In this document: positions 27,990-41,555 of the stretch, piece after piece
How positions within the stretch are numbered: position 1 is the stretch's first letter
How the letters are laid out: the number at the start of each line of letters is the position of its first letter
Assembly (NCBI GenBank): GCA_002104945.1
Contig: MCFH01000014.1
Coordinates: forward strand, 496,001-560,000
DNA: 64,000 bases
From: Piromyces finnis finn
Taxonomy: Eukaryota > Fungi > Neocallimastigomycota
Direction: 5' to 3'
Notes under the pieces: model-generated
What the model was told of the DNA's origin: nothing
Databases searched by the model: none
What the model saw: only the letters and a program-made list of their open reading frames with translations
Made by a program: the position numbers and the translations under genes

Positions 27990-30192
27990 ATGAACGTAAA
28001 TGATTCTAATTCAATGAATATTAGTGATGCTTATTCATTTTGTTCTAAATTATCTGAAATAGTAGATAAAAAAGATGAAATTAATTTTACAATAATATTT
28101 AATCCTGAAGAATTAGATGAAAATGAGTATAATACTTTAGTTGATAATTTAAATTCATTAGTAAGTATACTATTATTATATGTTTGAATGATAGAGATTT
28201 TATTTATAAATCTTTTTTTTTTCTTTTCATTATTATATATAACTTAATTGATTATTTAAAGGATAATGAAATTATTAGAGAAATAATAGACAGTTTTCCA
28301 AATCTCGAGTTATATGACAATTTTATAATATCATATTTTCATCTTGTAAAAAACTGGGATTATAATGATAACAATAAATTGTTTGAATTATATAGAAAAT
28401 TATATATGTAATAAATAAAAAAAAATACAGTATATTAATAATATATGTTAGTAAATATATATTAAATATAGTAAAATATTTTAAAGTAACAATACATATC
28501 AATTCTTATTCTATAATATCATAGTGATTTTATTCAAGTTTTCAGTTATACTTGGCATATAATTCTTTTAAAGTCCTTATCAAGAAGCATTATTCAATTG
28601 GCATTTCTTGTAAATATTATTTTAATCCTAATATAAGTTTGTTCTTAGTAACAATTTAAACATAAATTTCATTAATAATATTAATATAAAATTTATATTT
28701 AAATTAAAAGTGTGATTTATCTCCTGAAAATAAAGTAAAAAACTACCCAAAAATAGAAGAAGCTTCACGTCTCTTTAGCAGAATGTTTAATGCAGTAGTT
28801 AATGATAGGTAGCATTTTATTAAAAAATTTAATGTAATAAGAATTTAAGTAGAAAAACAAAAATCTAAATATAAATAAATACACTTTTCCTTTTTAAATT
28901 ATAAAATAGAGAATCATTAGAAAATTCTAAAAAAATGAGCGCATACTTTATTACTAATTTGGCTTTTAAAACATATTTTAAAGTAAATATTATGTTAAAT
29001 ATAATTAAATAATTAAATACACATATATAAAAAAATAATATTATAATCAAATAGCTAATGAGAAAAATCTAAAGATAAAAAATTTTAATTTATGCCAATC
29101 TTTTATTCAAAAATTAAAACAATATGATTTGGACAAAGAAAATTTTTACAAATTTCCTCTTGCAGATCAAGTAACCTTTTCATATTATAATGGAAGATTA
29201 AATTTATATAATGAAAAAGTTATAAGTGTAATTAATTCTTTATATATATGAAAAATTAAAAATTATTTTATTTATAATAAATTTATTTCTTATATGATAA
29301 TAATAAGCATTAATATACTATTATATATAATTAGGCAGAAAAGCATTTATATCATGCGTATATAAATTGCTCAGATGATGTTGAATGTCAAAAAAACAAA
29401 AGGTATGTAGTTATTATAATAATATCTGTATATAAATATATTATTATTATAAATATTATTTACATTTTTTATTCTAATAGCAAATTCTTTTTGTTACCAA
29501 AGATTAATATTTTTATATTTATTAGTAACACGACTTATACTGGGAAAGTTTCCAAATGAATTTTTACTAAGAAAATACGGCTATTATGAATATTTTATTG
29601 ATTTAATAAAATCAATTAAACAAGGAAATTTCAAATCATATAATGAGATTTTGAAGAAACAACAGAATTGGTTTATTCGAAAAGGCATTTATATTATCTT
29701 AAAGAAACAAATGAATACTATAATGTATCGAAATCTAATTATGAAAGTGTATGATATATAATATATAATATAATATGTATTTTGAAACCAATATTGCTTT
29801 TATGAAGCTCTAATATATATGTAATTTAAAATATGATATAATATCTAAATTTGATAGATTCACTATTACAACAGAAGGAAGAAAACCATTAATAACATAT
29901 CATAGTTTAATAAAGGCATTTAAAATTGCAGGAATAGATGATTTTGATTTAGATGATGTTGAATGTGTTGCTGTCTCTTTAATTCACAAAGTATATATAA
30001 TATATATATATATTTCATTTACTATTTATTTTATATTTATTATATCTATAATTGGATTAAATTTAATGATTTATTAATTTTAAATTGGAATAGGGTTATA
30101 TGAAGGCTTTTGTAAATAATGAAACACAAATTATATATTTATCAAAAAAAGAACCGTTTCCAAATCCCTTCAAAAGAAATTCCTTCAATTAA
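27990..30192 (+). CDS. PCID2: PCI-domain protein PCID2/Thp1/Csn12-like (TREX-2 family), multi-exon
   Basis: EEASRLFSRMFNAVVNDR, SKKMSAYFITNLAFKTYFK, FPLADQVTFSYYNGRL, AEKHLSYAYINC, LILGKFP, IKQGNF..WFIRKGIYIIL, DVECVAVSLIHKGYMKAFV..LSKKEPFP. The stop is at 30190-30192. Confidence 0.82.
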
Positions 30193-30792
30193 ATATAATA
30201 AAAGATTTATTATTTTTATATCTATTTATATTCATTTTATTTTTATTTTTTTTTACTTACATTATAAAATAAAAAAATATTTTATAGAATTTTGTATATA
30301 ATTTTATTATATATATTTGTAATTTCCATAATAAAAGTATTTATATATTGAATAAACAATAAACATTATAGAAGATAAAAATAAATACTACTATTTAATG
30401 TCTTTTCTTTGGTTATTAAATTTTTAAATGTTTTAAAACACTAAAATTACAAACAAGCAAAAATAAATATTTTAATTATAATTAAAATTAAAATTATAAT
30501 TTATAAGTAAGTTATATGATTATTATAATAATATTATATATTAGAGATAAACCAATCGTTATAAAGAAATCATTTATATATAGTTAATAAAATAAAAATT
30601 TAATTTAAAAAAATATCTTTAAAATTTTTAATTTTTGTGGTAAAATAAATAGTATTTTTTCTTTACCATAACCATACATATTCACATTTAAAGATAATAA
30701 TAAACAATAAAAAATAATAAAAACAAGTATATAAGTATATAATAAAAATAAAAATAAATTTTTAATATTACTTAATATCATTATTCCTTAAG

Positions 30793-31907
30793 ATGGGTCA
30801 TTTAATTACATTAGGTATTTTATAATTCATTTATATATATTAATAATTTTTTTTTTTTTTTAATATAATAGCTTTTTTTTTTTTTTTTTCTCATGTGCAA
30901 TTTATATTAATTTTTTTTTTCTTTATTTTTATACAAAATAAAACAGCTGTTGCCCAATTAAATCAATGGGCTTTAGATTTTGAAGGAAATTGTGAAAGAA
31001 TTATTGAAAGTATTAGAATTGCAAAGGAAAAGGGTGCAACTTTTAGAGTTGGTCCAGAATTAGAAATTTGGTATTTATAATTATTATTAATAATTCATTA
31101 TTTATGTTATTTTTTAATAATTAAATAAAAATTTATTATATACAAATAGTGGTTATGGATGCAATGATCATTTTCTTGAAAGTAAATGCATATATTTATA
31201 TATAAATATAAATAGTTTAAGAATAAATAAAATTAATGTATAAATTTCATATAAATATCAAAAATATTTAAAAAGGCGATACATATCTTCATTCATGGGA
31301 AGTTTTAGCTAAAATTATGAAATCTGAAGAGGCTCAAAATATTTTAATTGATATCGGAATGTAATATATAATATTATTTTAAAGATAAAGTCATTGAAAA
31401 TATATACTTTTAAAAGGTAATAATAATTTAACAAATATAATTATATTCAATTCATTTTATTAAGGCCAGTTGTCCACAAGGATGTTAAATATAATTGCCG
31501 TGTCTTTTTCTACAATAAAAAGATTTTATTAATTCGACCAAAATTACATTTAGCAAATGATGGTAATTATCGTGAAGCTCGTTGGTTTACTCCATGGACT
31601 AAATACAGAACTGTTGAAGAACATTCATTACCAAGAATGATTAGAGAAATTACAGAACAAGTAAATTGAATTATATTTTTATATTAGTAATAATTAGTAT
31701 ATATATATATTATAAAAATTGTAATAATCAATATAATGAATTAATATATAATATAATTATTGATATATTTAGACTACTGTTCCATTTGGTGATGGTGTTA
31801 TTGCTACTATTGATACTGTAATTGGTACTGAATTATGTGAAGAATTATTTACTCCAAATAGGTTAATATATTTTATAATATCAACTAAATTAAATCAAAT
31901 TACATTA

Positions 31908-31954
<47 letters not shown>

Positions 31955-34400
31955 TAAAAATAAAATCAAAGTCCACATATTGGAATGAGTTTAGATGGTG
32001 TTGAAATTTTCTCAAATAGTAGCTGTAGTCATCATGAATTAAGAAAATTAAACAAAAGATTAGATCTTATTAGAAGCGCTACTCAAAAGGTAGGAAATAT
32101 TCACCATGTTAATTAGTAAATTATTAAAATTGATTTCTTTAATACAATCAATACTGATTTATTTATTTTCTTAGTGTGGTGGTGTTTACTTATATTCTAA
32201 TCAAAAAGGATGTGATGGTGAACGTTTGTATTATGATGGTTCTTCTTTAATTGCTATTAATGGTGACGTTATCGCTCAAGGAACTCAATTCTCTTTAAAT
32301 GATATTGTAATAAATAAATAAATAAATAAATAGAAATAATTCCTTTTTATTCTTTTTTAATTATTGAATTTAAATATAATATAAATATTTTTAGGAAGTA
32401 ATTACCTCAACAATTGATATTGAAGATGTAAGAGCTTATCGTGGTGCTTCTCATAGTAGAGGTGTTCAAGCTGCTAATTCTCCAAGTTACCCAAGATGCT
32501 ACGTTGATTTTTGCTTATCACAAGATGGACCAATCAGTTCTTATATCAACTTAAAGCCAACTAAACCAATTGAAACCAGAATATATTCTGCTGAAGAAGA
32601 AATTAGGTATTTAAATATTAAATTTTTATATATAGATTTTTATATAATTTACTTAAAATGTAATTTGTATTTAATTACATATAGTTTAGGTCCAGCTTGC
32701 TGGTTATGGGATTATTTAAGAAGATCAAAATCTGGAGGTTTTTTCCTTCCATTAAGTGGTGGTATTGATAGTTGTTCAACTGCATTAATTGTTTATTCCA
32801 TGTGTAATTTAGTTGTCGAGGCTGCTAAAAATAATAGTAAACTATTTATATTATTATATATAATTTAAAATTAATGTTATTCGTAATTAAAAGTATAAAA
32901 TATTATTTTATGAATGATAGATACTCAAGTTATTAAAGATTGTAGAGTTATTATTGGTGAGCCAAATTCTGATTACATTCCAACTGACCCAAGAGAATTT
33001 TCAAAGTAATTTTTTTTTTCCCATTTTTTATAAAAAATCTGTTTAAATATAAATTATTAATTTTCAAAAAATTAAATGCTTTCCAATAGCCGTATTTTCC
33101 ATACTTGTTATATGAGAACCAAAAATTCTGGTGAAGAAACTCGTAGTAGAGCTAAAGAACTTGCAGAAAAAATTGGATGGTTAATATATTTTAATGCTTA
33201 ATTAGAATTTTATCACATGAAGTGAATAATTTACTAAAATAATACAATATAATAAACATATATATTTTAGTTATCACCTTGATGTTAATATTGATACTAT
33301 TGTTGCAGCATTCCTTTCATTGTTTTTATTAATTACTGGTAAAACTCCACAATTTAAAGTTTTCGGAGGTACATTTACTGAAAATCAAGCTTTACAAAAC
33401 ATTCAAGTATGCAGATTAAATGAAAGATTAAAAATCCAAAGTTAATAGATAAACTAACTATATATGTATAAATAGGCTCGTATTAGAATGGTTTTAGCTT
33501 ATATGCTTGCTCAATTATTATTATGGTGTAGAGGTAAACCAGGATCACTTCTTGTTCTTGGTAGTGCAAATGTTGATGAATGGTAAGCCATCATTAAATT
33601 TATATAGTTTATTTATTGTAACAATATTAATTTATAAAAATTAAATTAATATTTATATGTAAAATATGATAGTCTTAGAGGTTATTTAACAAAATACGAT
33701 TGTTCAAGTGCAGATCTTAATCCTATTGGTGGTATTAGTAAAAAAGATTTAAGAGGCTACATTAAATTCATGGGTCAAAAATACAACATGCCATTATTAA
33801 ACAGTTTCTTAGATGCCCCACCAACAGCTGAATTAGAACCACTTACCGAAAATCATGTTCAAAAGGATGAAGTATGCTTATACTTTATTACTTATATATA
33901 TTATATTATCTTAGCAAATTATTATTTTATAATAACTGTTTTTAACTATTAGGTTGATATGGGAATGACTTATGATGAACTTTCAACATTCGGAAGAAAA
34001 AGAAAGATTGAAAAGTGTGGACCATACTCTATGTTTTCAAAACTTGTTCAAGAAATGGGTGATCGTCTTAAGCCAACTGAAATTGCTGAAAAGGTTAAGA
34101 GATTCTTCTTCTATTACTCAATCAATCGTCATAAGCAAACTGTTATTACACCATCTCTTCATTGTGGTAATTATTAATTATTAAATAAAATAATATATTA
34201 AATAATAGTTAATATTAAAAATTATTATATATAATTAATATTAAAATAAAAATAAAATAACAAAAAATATTATAGAATCTTACAGTCCAGATGATAATCG
34301 ATTTGATTTAAGACCATTCTTATATAATGCTAGATGGACTTGGCAATTCAGAAAAATTGATGAAACCGCTGCTTTAATTGAAAAGCAAAAAGAAGAATAA
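30793..34400 (+). CDS. QNS1: Glutamine-dependent NAD(+) synthetase (nitrilase-type glutaminase + synthetase), multi-exon
   Basis: [135 protein letters not shown]. Confidence 0.96.
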
Positions 34401-34881
34401 ACTTAAGTTTATTTATTTATTTTTTTTTTATATAATCCTTTTTATTTTAAAATTTATGAAAATAATTTACTGAAAAACAAGGATTTATTATTAAGATCTT
34501 TTTAATCTATAAAAATTGGTGGTATATTCTATTAATTAAAAAGTTTAAGATGTATTAAACCAAAAAAAACTATAAATAAAACAAATAAATAATTAAATTA
34601 ATTTTGCAAAATTAATTTTTAATAAAAATTTAATTACATAAAAAAAATTATAAAAATTAATGTAGTTGTTAACTTTATTTAATATAAATAAAAAAATTAG
34701 TAAGAACCTTTTTTTTTTTTTTTAATTATTAATCAATTTACATACATATATAAATTGATATTAGTATTGATTTTGATGAATTAATAATAATATTAATAAT
34801 AATAAAAGAGAGAGAGAGAAAAAAAAAAGAATAGTAATAGAATATATATAAATAAGGGAATAAATAAATAAATAAATAAAA

Positions 34882-36028
34882 ATGCAAAATACAGAATTAG
34901 GTGATACAAAATTTTATCCTCTGTCAAATTCAAAAGTATTTTTAAATGAAAACAATGTTATAGATATTCCGGTTTCTGAAATTAGAATTCCAGTAGGTAC
35001 AGGTATTACCCTTGCTGGAAAAGTATTTGGAAATTTACCAACAACCAATCCAACACATAAAATAATAGCTCTACATGGATGGCTAGATAATTGTGAATTA
35101 TATTCTGATATTGCCCCAAGAATTATTGCTCATTATTATGAGAAAAATGAAACAGCTTCATTAATTGCATTTGATTCAGCAGGTCATGGATTATCAGATC
35201 ATAGATCAGAAGATTATGGAGAGGTATATTATTTATGGGATTATATTGCAGATTTTTATTCCGCTTTGGATATATTAAGTAAATATATAATTTTAAATTG
35301 AATTATAAATTATATATATACAATATATATTAATAAATAATTTTTAAAATTATAATTTTAATTATAATTTATTTTAAATAAAAGAATGGAAGAATTTTAT
35401 ATTATTAGGTCATTCTTATGGTGGTATACTAGCATATACAATTGCTGGAGCATTTCCAACAAGAGTTATTGGTTTAATAGTTTATGAAAATTTAGGTTTT
35501 ATGAATTTTCAAACACCAGAAATGCATCCTATGTTATTAGCAGAATATTTAAGAATTAAAACTAGCGAAGCAAAAAGAAAAGTTAAAAGGAAGGTTATAA
35601 TATTCCCAACATTTGATGCAGCATGTCAGAGTAAATCTCAAGGAATGTATACTACATCATTATCATCATCAAAAAAGTTATTAAAACGAGGATTAAAGAG
35701 AATAAGACCAGATCCTAGCAATGGAGTTACAGGAGGATATTCATATACTTATGATACAAGAATAACATATTCAAACTATATACTTCCAATGACCTGGAGT
35801 TTGGAGCAAGTTGAAGCATTTTTTAAAAAAATAAAATGCCCTACACATGTTATATTAGCTTCTAATGGTATCTATGAAAATGGGGATAGTGAAGGTAGAT
35901 TAAAGTTTTTAGTGAACGCTAAAGAATTTAAATACAATGTTGTTAATGGCAATCATCATTTCTTATTAGAAGAAGAATCAATAGATGAACTAACTTCATT
36001 AACAAATTCATTTTTAGATTCTCTGTAA
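34882..36028 (+). CDS. Alpha/beta-hydrolase, serine hydrolase-like (SERHL-type); one intron at 35279-35384
   Basis: IALHGWLDN oxyanion motif and AFDSAGHGLSDH. After splicing, the nucleophile elbow reads WKNFILLGHSYGG. The C-terminal catalytic His region is GNHHFLLEE. Confidence 0.85.
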
Positions 36029-37472
36029 CAACTGCAAATAAAAAAAAAAAAAGCTAAATAATAAATATAGATATTAAATAAAAAAGAGAATACTTCTATT
36101 TGTCATAATAATTATAATAATATAATACATTTATTGTTATTAAAATAAGTTATTAGTATGTTTCATAATTATTAAAAAAATAAAAAAAAAGTAATATCTA
36201 CTAAAAAATATTAAATTTTAGAAATATATAAATAAATCTATAAATTAATTAAAATAATATAAAATATCTTTTAATAATAATAGATATTATATAAAACTAT
36301 TTTACTTGCATATAATATTTATAAATAAATAAATAGTATATTAAAAATATCAATAATATTTGAATGAAACATTTTAAATTGTAAGTTTTATGTAATAGTG
36401 GAATATATTTCATTTTGGTAATTACAAACTTTTACAAAAGTAGAATAAAATATTTATACCTATATTAAATAAGGTTAATTCATGATATAAAGAAATTTAT
36501 TTAAAGGTATCGGCATTTATTTGAATTATAGAATGAATAATAAAATAGAAGTTTAACTTCACTAATTATATATTATATTTTCTATTTAATGTTTTTATTT
36601 TTATTTTTATTTTTTTAATACGATTTATTTATAATTATAATATCTTATTATTTTTAAGTATCTGTTATAATGATAGTTAAATTTATAAAAAAGAAGTATA
36701 ATAAAAGAAATATTATGTATTAATACAAATGGGATTGTTATTAATACAAAAGTCTTATTACATAATAATTATTTATAAAGATATTAAAATATCATTTTAA
36801 ATAATTTTTTTAATTGTTTATTATAAGTTATAAAAAAAGGTGTATTCCTATTAATAAACAAAATATTATTACTAATTACTATTACTAATTACTACTACTA
36901 CTACTACTACTACTAATACTAATAATAATAATAATATATAATAATGAAAAATGGTTTTTTGTTAATCTTATGTTAGATAATAATATTACAAAGAGTATAT
37001 AACGACGATATTTATTTAGTTTAAAAAATAACAAAGCAATTAAATACATAAAAAACAACTCGAAAATTTAAATAATATATATTTATATAAAACAAAATTT
37101 GATATTTTATTACTTGTTTTTTTTTTTTTTTTTAAGTTATTTATTTTCACAATATAAATATAAATATAAATACAGATCAAAAATTATTAAAATATTCCAT
37201 ATTTTATATGATGATATTTTTATATTATTATTATTATTTTTTTTTTTTTGTTTATCATTATTAGAGTTAACAATAAGTTATATATATATTTATAATTGTA
37301 GAATCATTATAATAAAACAATTCTTGTTTAAATAATATAAATATATAATAATAAATTTTATATATAAAAAAAGAAATAAATAATTCACTACTTCAAGAGT
37401 CTCTAATATATAGATAATTAATAAAGATAATTCGATAATGGTGAGATTATATATATACATAGAATATTTTCA

Positions 37473-37511
<39 letters not shown>

Positions 37512-37800
37512 GTAATTTTTAACCAAAGTTAATAATATTTACATTAATTTTGGAAATAATTTTGAATAAAATGAGTATTGTATATATATAATTGAATTCA
37601 ATAAAAAAAAATAATTTTTTTTAGAAGAAATAACAATTTACTAAAAGTCTTTGGAATCGTTTTCTTTTTTTTTTCCTTTTACCATTTCATTTTCAATTTC
37701 ATTATTTTTTTTATGAGTTGCTTGCAAACTTTTATGAAAAAGAAAATGAATATATTATTTAAGTGTAAATATATAAAAATATTTAATGTTTATTTTATAA

Positions 37801-39972
37801 TTATTTCTTTTCACAAGCAATAAAATTATCTGTTGTTCCTGGACTTATTGGTGTTAAAAGAGTATTTTTGATATTATCAACTTCATTTATTTTAACTTCG
37901 TTATTAGTGGTATCTTTTTCACTAGAATTTGCAATATTATTATTGACTTGTTCATTATTGTATCTGTTATTATTGCTATTATTATTATTGTTGTTATTAT
38001 TTTTTCCTTGAGAACGCTCTCTATTAACCTTTGCTCTTCTATTTTGGAACCATACTTGAACTTCACGATTTGTCATGTTAACTTTTTTAGCTAATTCTTC
38101 TCTAACTTCAAATGGTGGAGTATCATTTGTTTTAAATATATTTAATAAAATATCAAGTTGACCTGTAGTAGTTCTCTTTCTCTTGTGCTTTCTCTTGTTT
38201 AAAGTACGAGGATATGCATGTGGTGGTAAAAGCATAGCTTTATTAGGTTGTGATCCTGGGAATGGAGAGATTGGTGTGTATGGGGTATTTCCTGCTGGAT
38301 AACTGTTAAAGAATTTAAGTTGTGGTTGTGGTGGAAGGAATGTCTTAATTCTTGGTGGAATAGATGTGGTTGGGTTTGGAGTTCCGTATTGGGCTGCTGT
38401 GTTTGGAGCGGTCTGTTGTTGGTTTGGAGCTGGTTGAGCATTTTGTGGAAGAGTAACTGGTACTGGAACTGACATTGGCATTTGAACTGGCATTGGATTT
38501 GGATTTGTTTGGAATACAAAACGATTAAGAGTTTGTGGATTTGGTGAAGATTGAGCTTGATTTGTTCCATTAATATGAGGAGTTTGTAATTGTTGTTGAT
38601 TTGGAATATGACTAATAATTCTTGGCATAACAATATTATTATCATTTTGGCCTTGTATAATAGAGCCAACCATTCCACAATTAGGAATGCTTTGATATCT
38701 TGGTTGATTCATTATATTATGGAATCTTTGGGTACCAGCTGGGTTACTTGGATTTATCATTTGTGGATATTGAATGGAAGATATTGAACCTTGAGCATTT
38801 TGATTTGATGGTGTTAAAACTTGGAAAGTTTCAAAGGCTTGTGGTTGGCTTAAAATTTGTTCATTATTTTCTTCATAATATTGAGGTATTACATTTGGAT
38901 CACTATATACCTCGTATATCATTGGTGTATTATATACACTTGAAGTTGGCATAGTTGGAGAACTTGGAGTAAGTAAGACACTAGAAGCAGCATTTTGTTG
39001 TGGAAGTACCATTGGATTTTCCATTCCTCTTATATTTAATCCAAAATTATTTAATGATCTTCCAGTATTTATGTGTAAAGGAACATTATTTTGGACAATA
39101 TTTTGTTTTGGAAATACAGAATTCATTGTGGTAATATTAGAATTACTATGGAAATTATTATTTCCATTCATTATGGCTTGATTTTCAGTATTTGTTTCAT
39201 TGTTGGTTTCGGTAATATTTTTCTTTTGAAGATGAGCTTTCATTTGATCATTATTTTCTGGGATAGTATTATTCATTATTAAGTTATAATTATTATCAAA
39301 ATTACCAGAAGGAGTAGTAATTTGATTATCCTTCAATATAATTTTTTGATTGTTTTCTGTACTATTTGAGGTGGCATTTGGTCTGTTAGCATCCTTTGAT
39401 AATACTGAACTATTATCTGCTGTTGTTTGATTAACATTTATCATATTGAATTTAGAATTATCATTAATAATTTCAATTGGTTTTGACTTAACTTTTTTAA
39501 CTTGTTTTTCATTTATACTATCTATTGATAGTTTTTGATGAATATTGTTGTTTCCACTACTACTTCCTACATTACTACTTGAATTATTATCTTTAGAGTT
39601 TAAAGTTTGTGGAGTAAGTGGATAGCTATTATCAAAATAATGTTCACCTATGTTAATACTGTTAAATAAATCATTTCCAATATTTTCTATATTAGTAAAT
39701 TCATCAATTGGTGATTGTGAAACTGATGGGGTTGGTGAAGGTGGTTTTGGTGATAAAGTTTGTTGAATGTTTTGTTTTAAAAATGAGGTCATAAGAGTAG
39801 TTTGATCTAGGCTATCAAATAATTTTGAATTATTTATCATATTTGTACCATCAGCCATTAAATTATTAGTCTGATTTTTTGCATCAATTTCACCTACAAG
39901 TTTTTTATTTTTATAGATTTTTTGTGTTTGTTGAGGATAATATAAAAAATCGCTATTCATTTCAAAACTCAT
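37801..39972 (-). CDS. Homeobox transcription factor (intronless, long N/Q/P-rich region, homeodomain near the C-terminus)
   Basis: 723-aa single ORF containing KRKRTTTGQLDILLNIFKTNDTPPFEVREELAKKVNMTNREVQVWFQNRRAK (Q50 class). Confidence 0.9.
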   Translation of the reverse strand: MSFEMNSDFLYYPQQTQKIYKNKKLVGEIDAKNQTNNLMADGTNMINNSKLFDSLDQTTLMTSFLKQNIQQTLSPKPPSPTPSVSQSPIDEFTNIENIGNDLFNSINIGEHYFDNSYPLTPQTLNSKDNNSSSNVGSSSGNNNIHQKLSIDSINEKQVKKVKSKPIEIINDNSKFNMINVNQTTADNSSVLSKDANRPNATSNSTENNQKIILKDNQITTPSGNFDNNYNLIMNNTIPENNDQMKAHLQKKNITETNNETNTENQAIMNGNNNFHSNSNITTMNSVFPKQNIVQNNVPLHINTGRSLNNFGLNIRGMENPMVLPQQNAASSVLLTPSSPTMPTSSVYNTPMIYEVYSDPNVIPQYYEENNEQILSQPQAFETFQVLTPSNQNAQGSISSIQYPQMINPSNPAGTQRFHNIMNQPRYQSIPNCGMVGSIIQGQNDNNIVMPRIISHIPNQQQLQTPHINGTNQAQSSPNPQTLNRFVFQTNPNPMPVQMPMSVPVPVTLPQNAQPAPNQQQTAPNTAAQYGTPNPTTSIPPRIKTFLPPQPQLKFFNSYPAGNTPYTPISPFPGSQPNKAMLLPPHAYPRTLNKRKHKRKRTTTGQLDILLNIFKTNDTPPFEVREELAKKVNMTNREVQVWFQNRRAKVNRERSQGKNNNNNNNNSNNNRYNNEQVNNNIANSSEKDTTNNEVKINEVDNIKNTLLTPISPGTTDNFIACEKK

Positions 39973-41555
39973 ATTAATTAAATTTTATTTTTTTATATCT
40001 TATAATTAGAAGCTTAATTACAATTATTTTTATTAATTAATATTTAAATCAGTTTCATATACGTATATATATTTTATTTTTTCAATAATTATTATTATTA
40101 CTTATAATAATAATATTTATAATTATTGATGCTGAATAAAATTATATTTGAAAAATGATACGAAATGATTCTTTTAACTACTTAAATATTACAATAATCA
40201 AATTAAAAATATTTTAACAAATTAATTTAATTTTATAAATAAATAATATTACTATATTTCTGTTCTTTTATCAAAAGAAAAGAATTAAATATTACAATGA
40301 AGTAATATTCATTAGTAATTAATATAATATTATTTTTGATAGTAATAAGTTGTATTTGTTTTATGATTTCTTAATTTTTCATAATAACTTATTTTTTTTT
40401 AAAAAAAAAAAAAAAAAAAAAACCAAAAAATAAAAACAAAACAAAGAAAAAATTTAGAAAAAAAAGAAAATTATATAAATTATAGATAGTAATAAGGAAT
40501 GATGATAAAAATAAAAAATAAAAATAAAATTTTAACTGTTTGTTATATTTATATCATTAATGTGAGATAAAGTAATATTGAAAGGATATACAAATATAAA
40601 ATAATGGATGATATAATATAAATAGGAGAAATTTTTTTATATAATATATATATAAATTTTTATTCTATTATAAAAAATAATATTTATTATTCAAATGTTC
40701 TATAAATATAAACTCTATAAATATATTAAAAGTCATAAATAATAAAATACAGTCATTTTTATTCATGAAAAAGAAATGTATTCTTATTTATGAGATTACT
40801 ATAGATATAGTTTATATTCATATTTTTATATAACTATATTTCATATAAAAAAAAATTATATTTAAATATTATAATAATAAGGTTTTACAAAGTAGAATAA
40901 ATAAATATATATATTTTCTATAAATGTATCATTTAGTAGACATCATTACTATTTATAAATCTATTTATAGATTTATCTTTTTATAATAAATTTTATATTT
41001 AACATCGATAAAAATATTATGTCTTTTAATAAGACAAAATTTTATATATAGTTATAGTTATTAATATACCTTGGAGATTTTTTACTTTATATTTATACAT
41101 ATACATATATAGTTATAAGAACTTTGATTTCATATGAATTCAAAATTATTTTTATATATTATTACTTTTCAATTAGATCTGGTACAATGCACTCAAATAT
41201 ATTAAATTTCAATTAATTATATTTATGAAAAAATATAATCATAAACTATAAATTGCTTAAAATAATACACATACATGCACACATGTATAAATTAAAGTAT
41301 AAAAATTTAAAGTTTATTTATAATACTTCTTTTAATAATTATATATTATTGATAAAATATTTTTTAGGTTTAATATAAAGGTAAGAATTTTCTGAAAATC
41401 ATCTTAAAAGTTAATATTATATTATTATTATTATTATTATATTATTATAATTATTATATTACGAATAAAAAATATAAACTATCTAAAAAATTTTTTGTAA
41501 TACTTTAACGCTATGTAATACAAAAGCAATGTTAAATTTAACTACAATATATATT

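Noticed and set aside
38199-39282. Alternative-frame and antisense ORFs overlapping the homeobox gene
   Set aside because: They have no motifs and are expected by-products of a long coding exon in another frame or strand.
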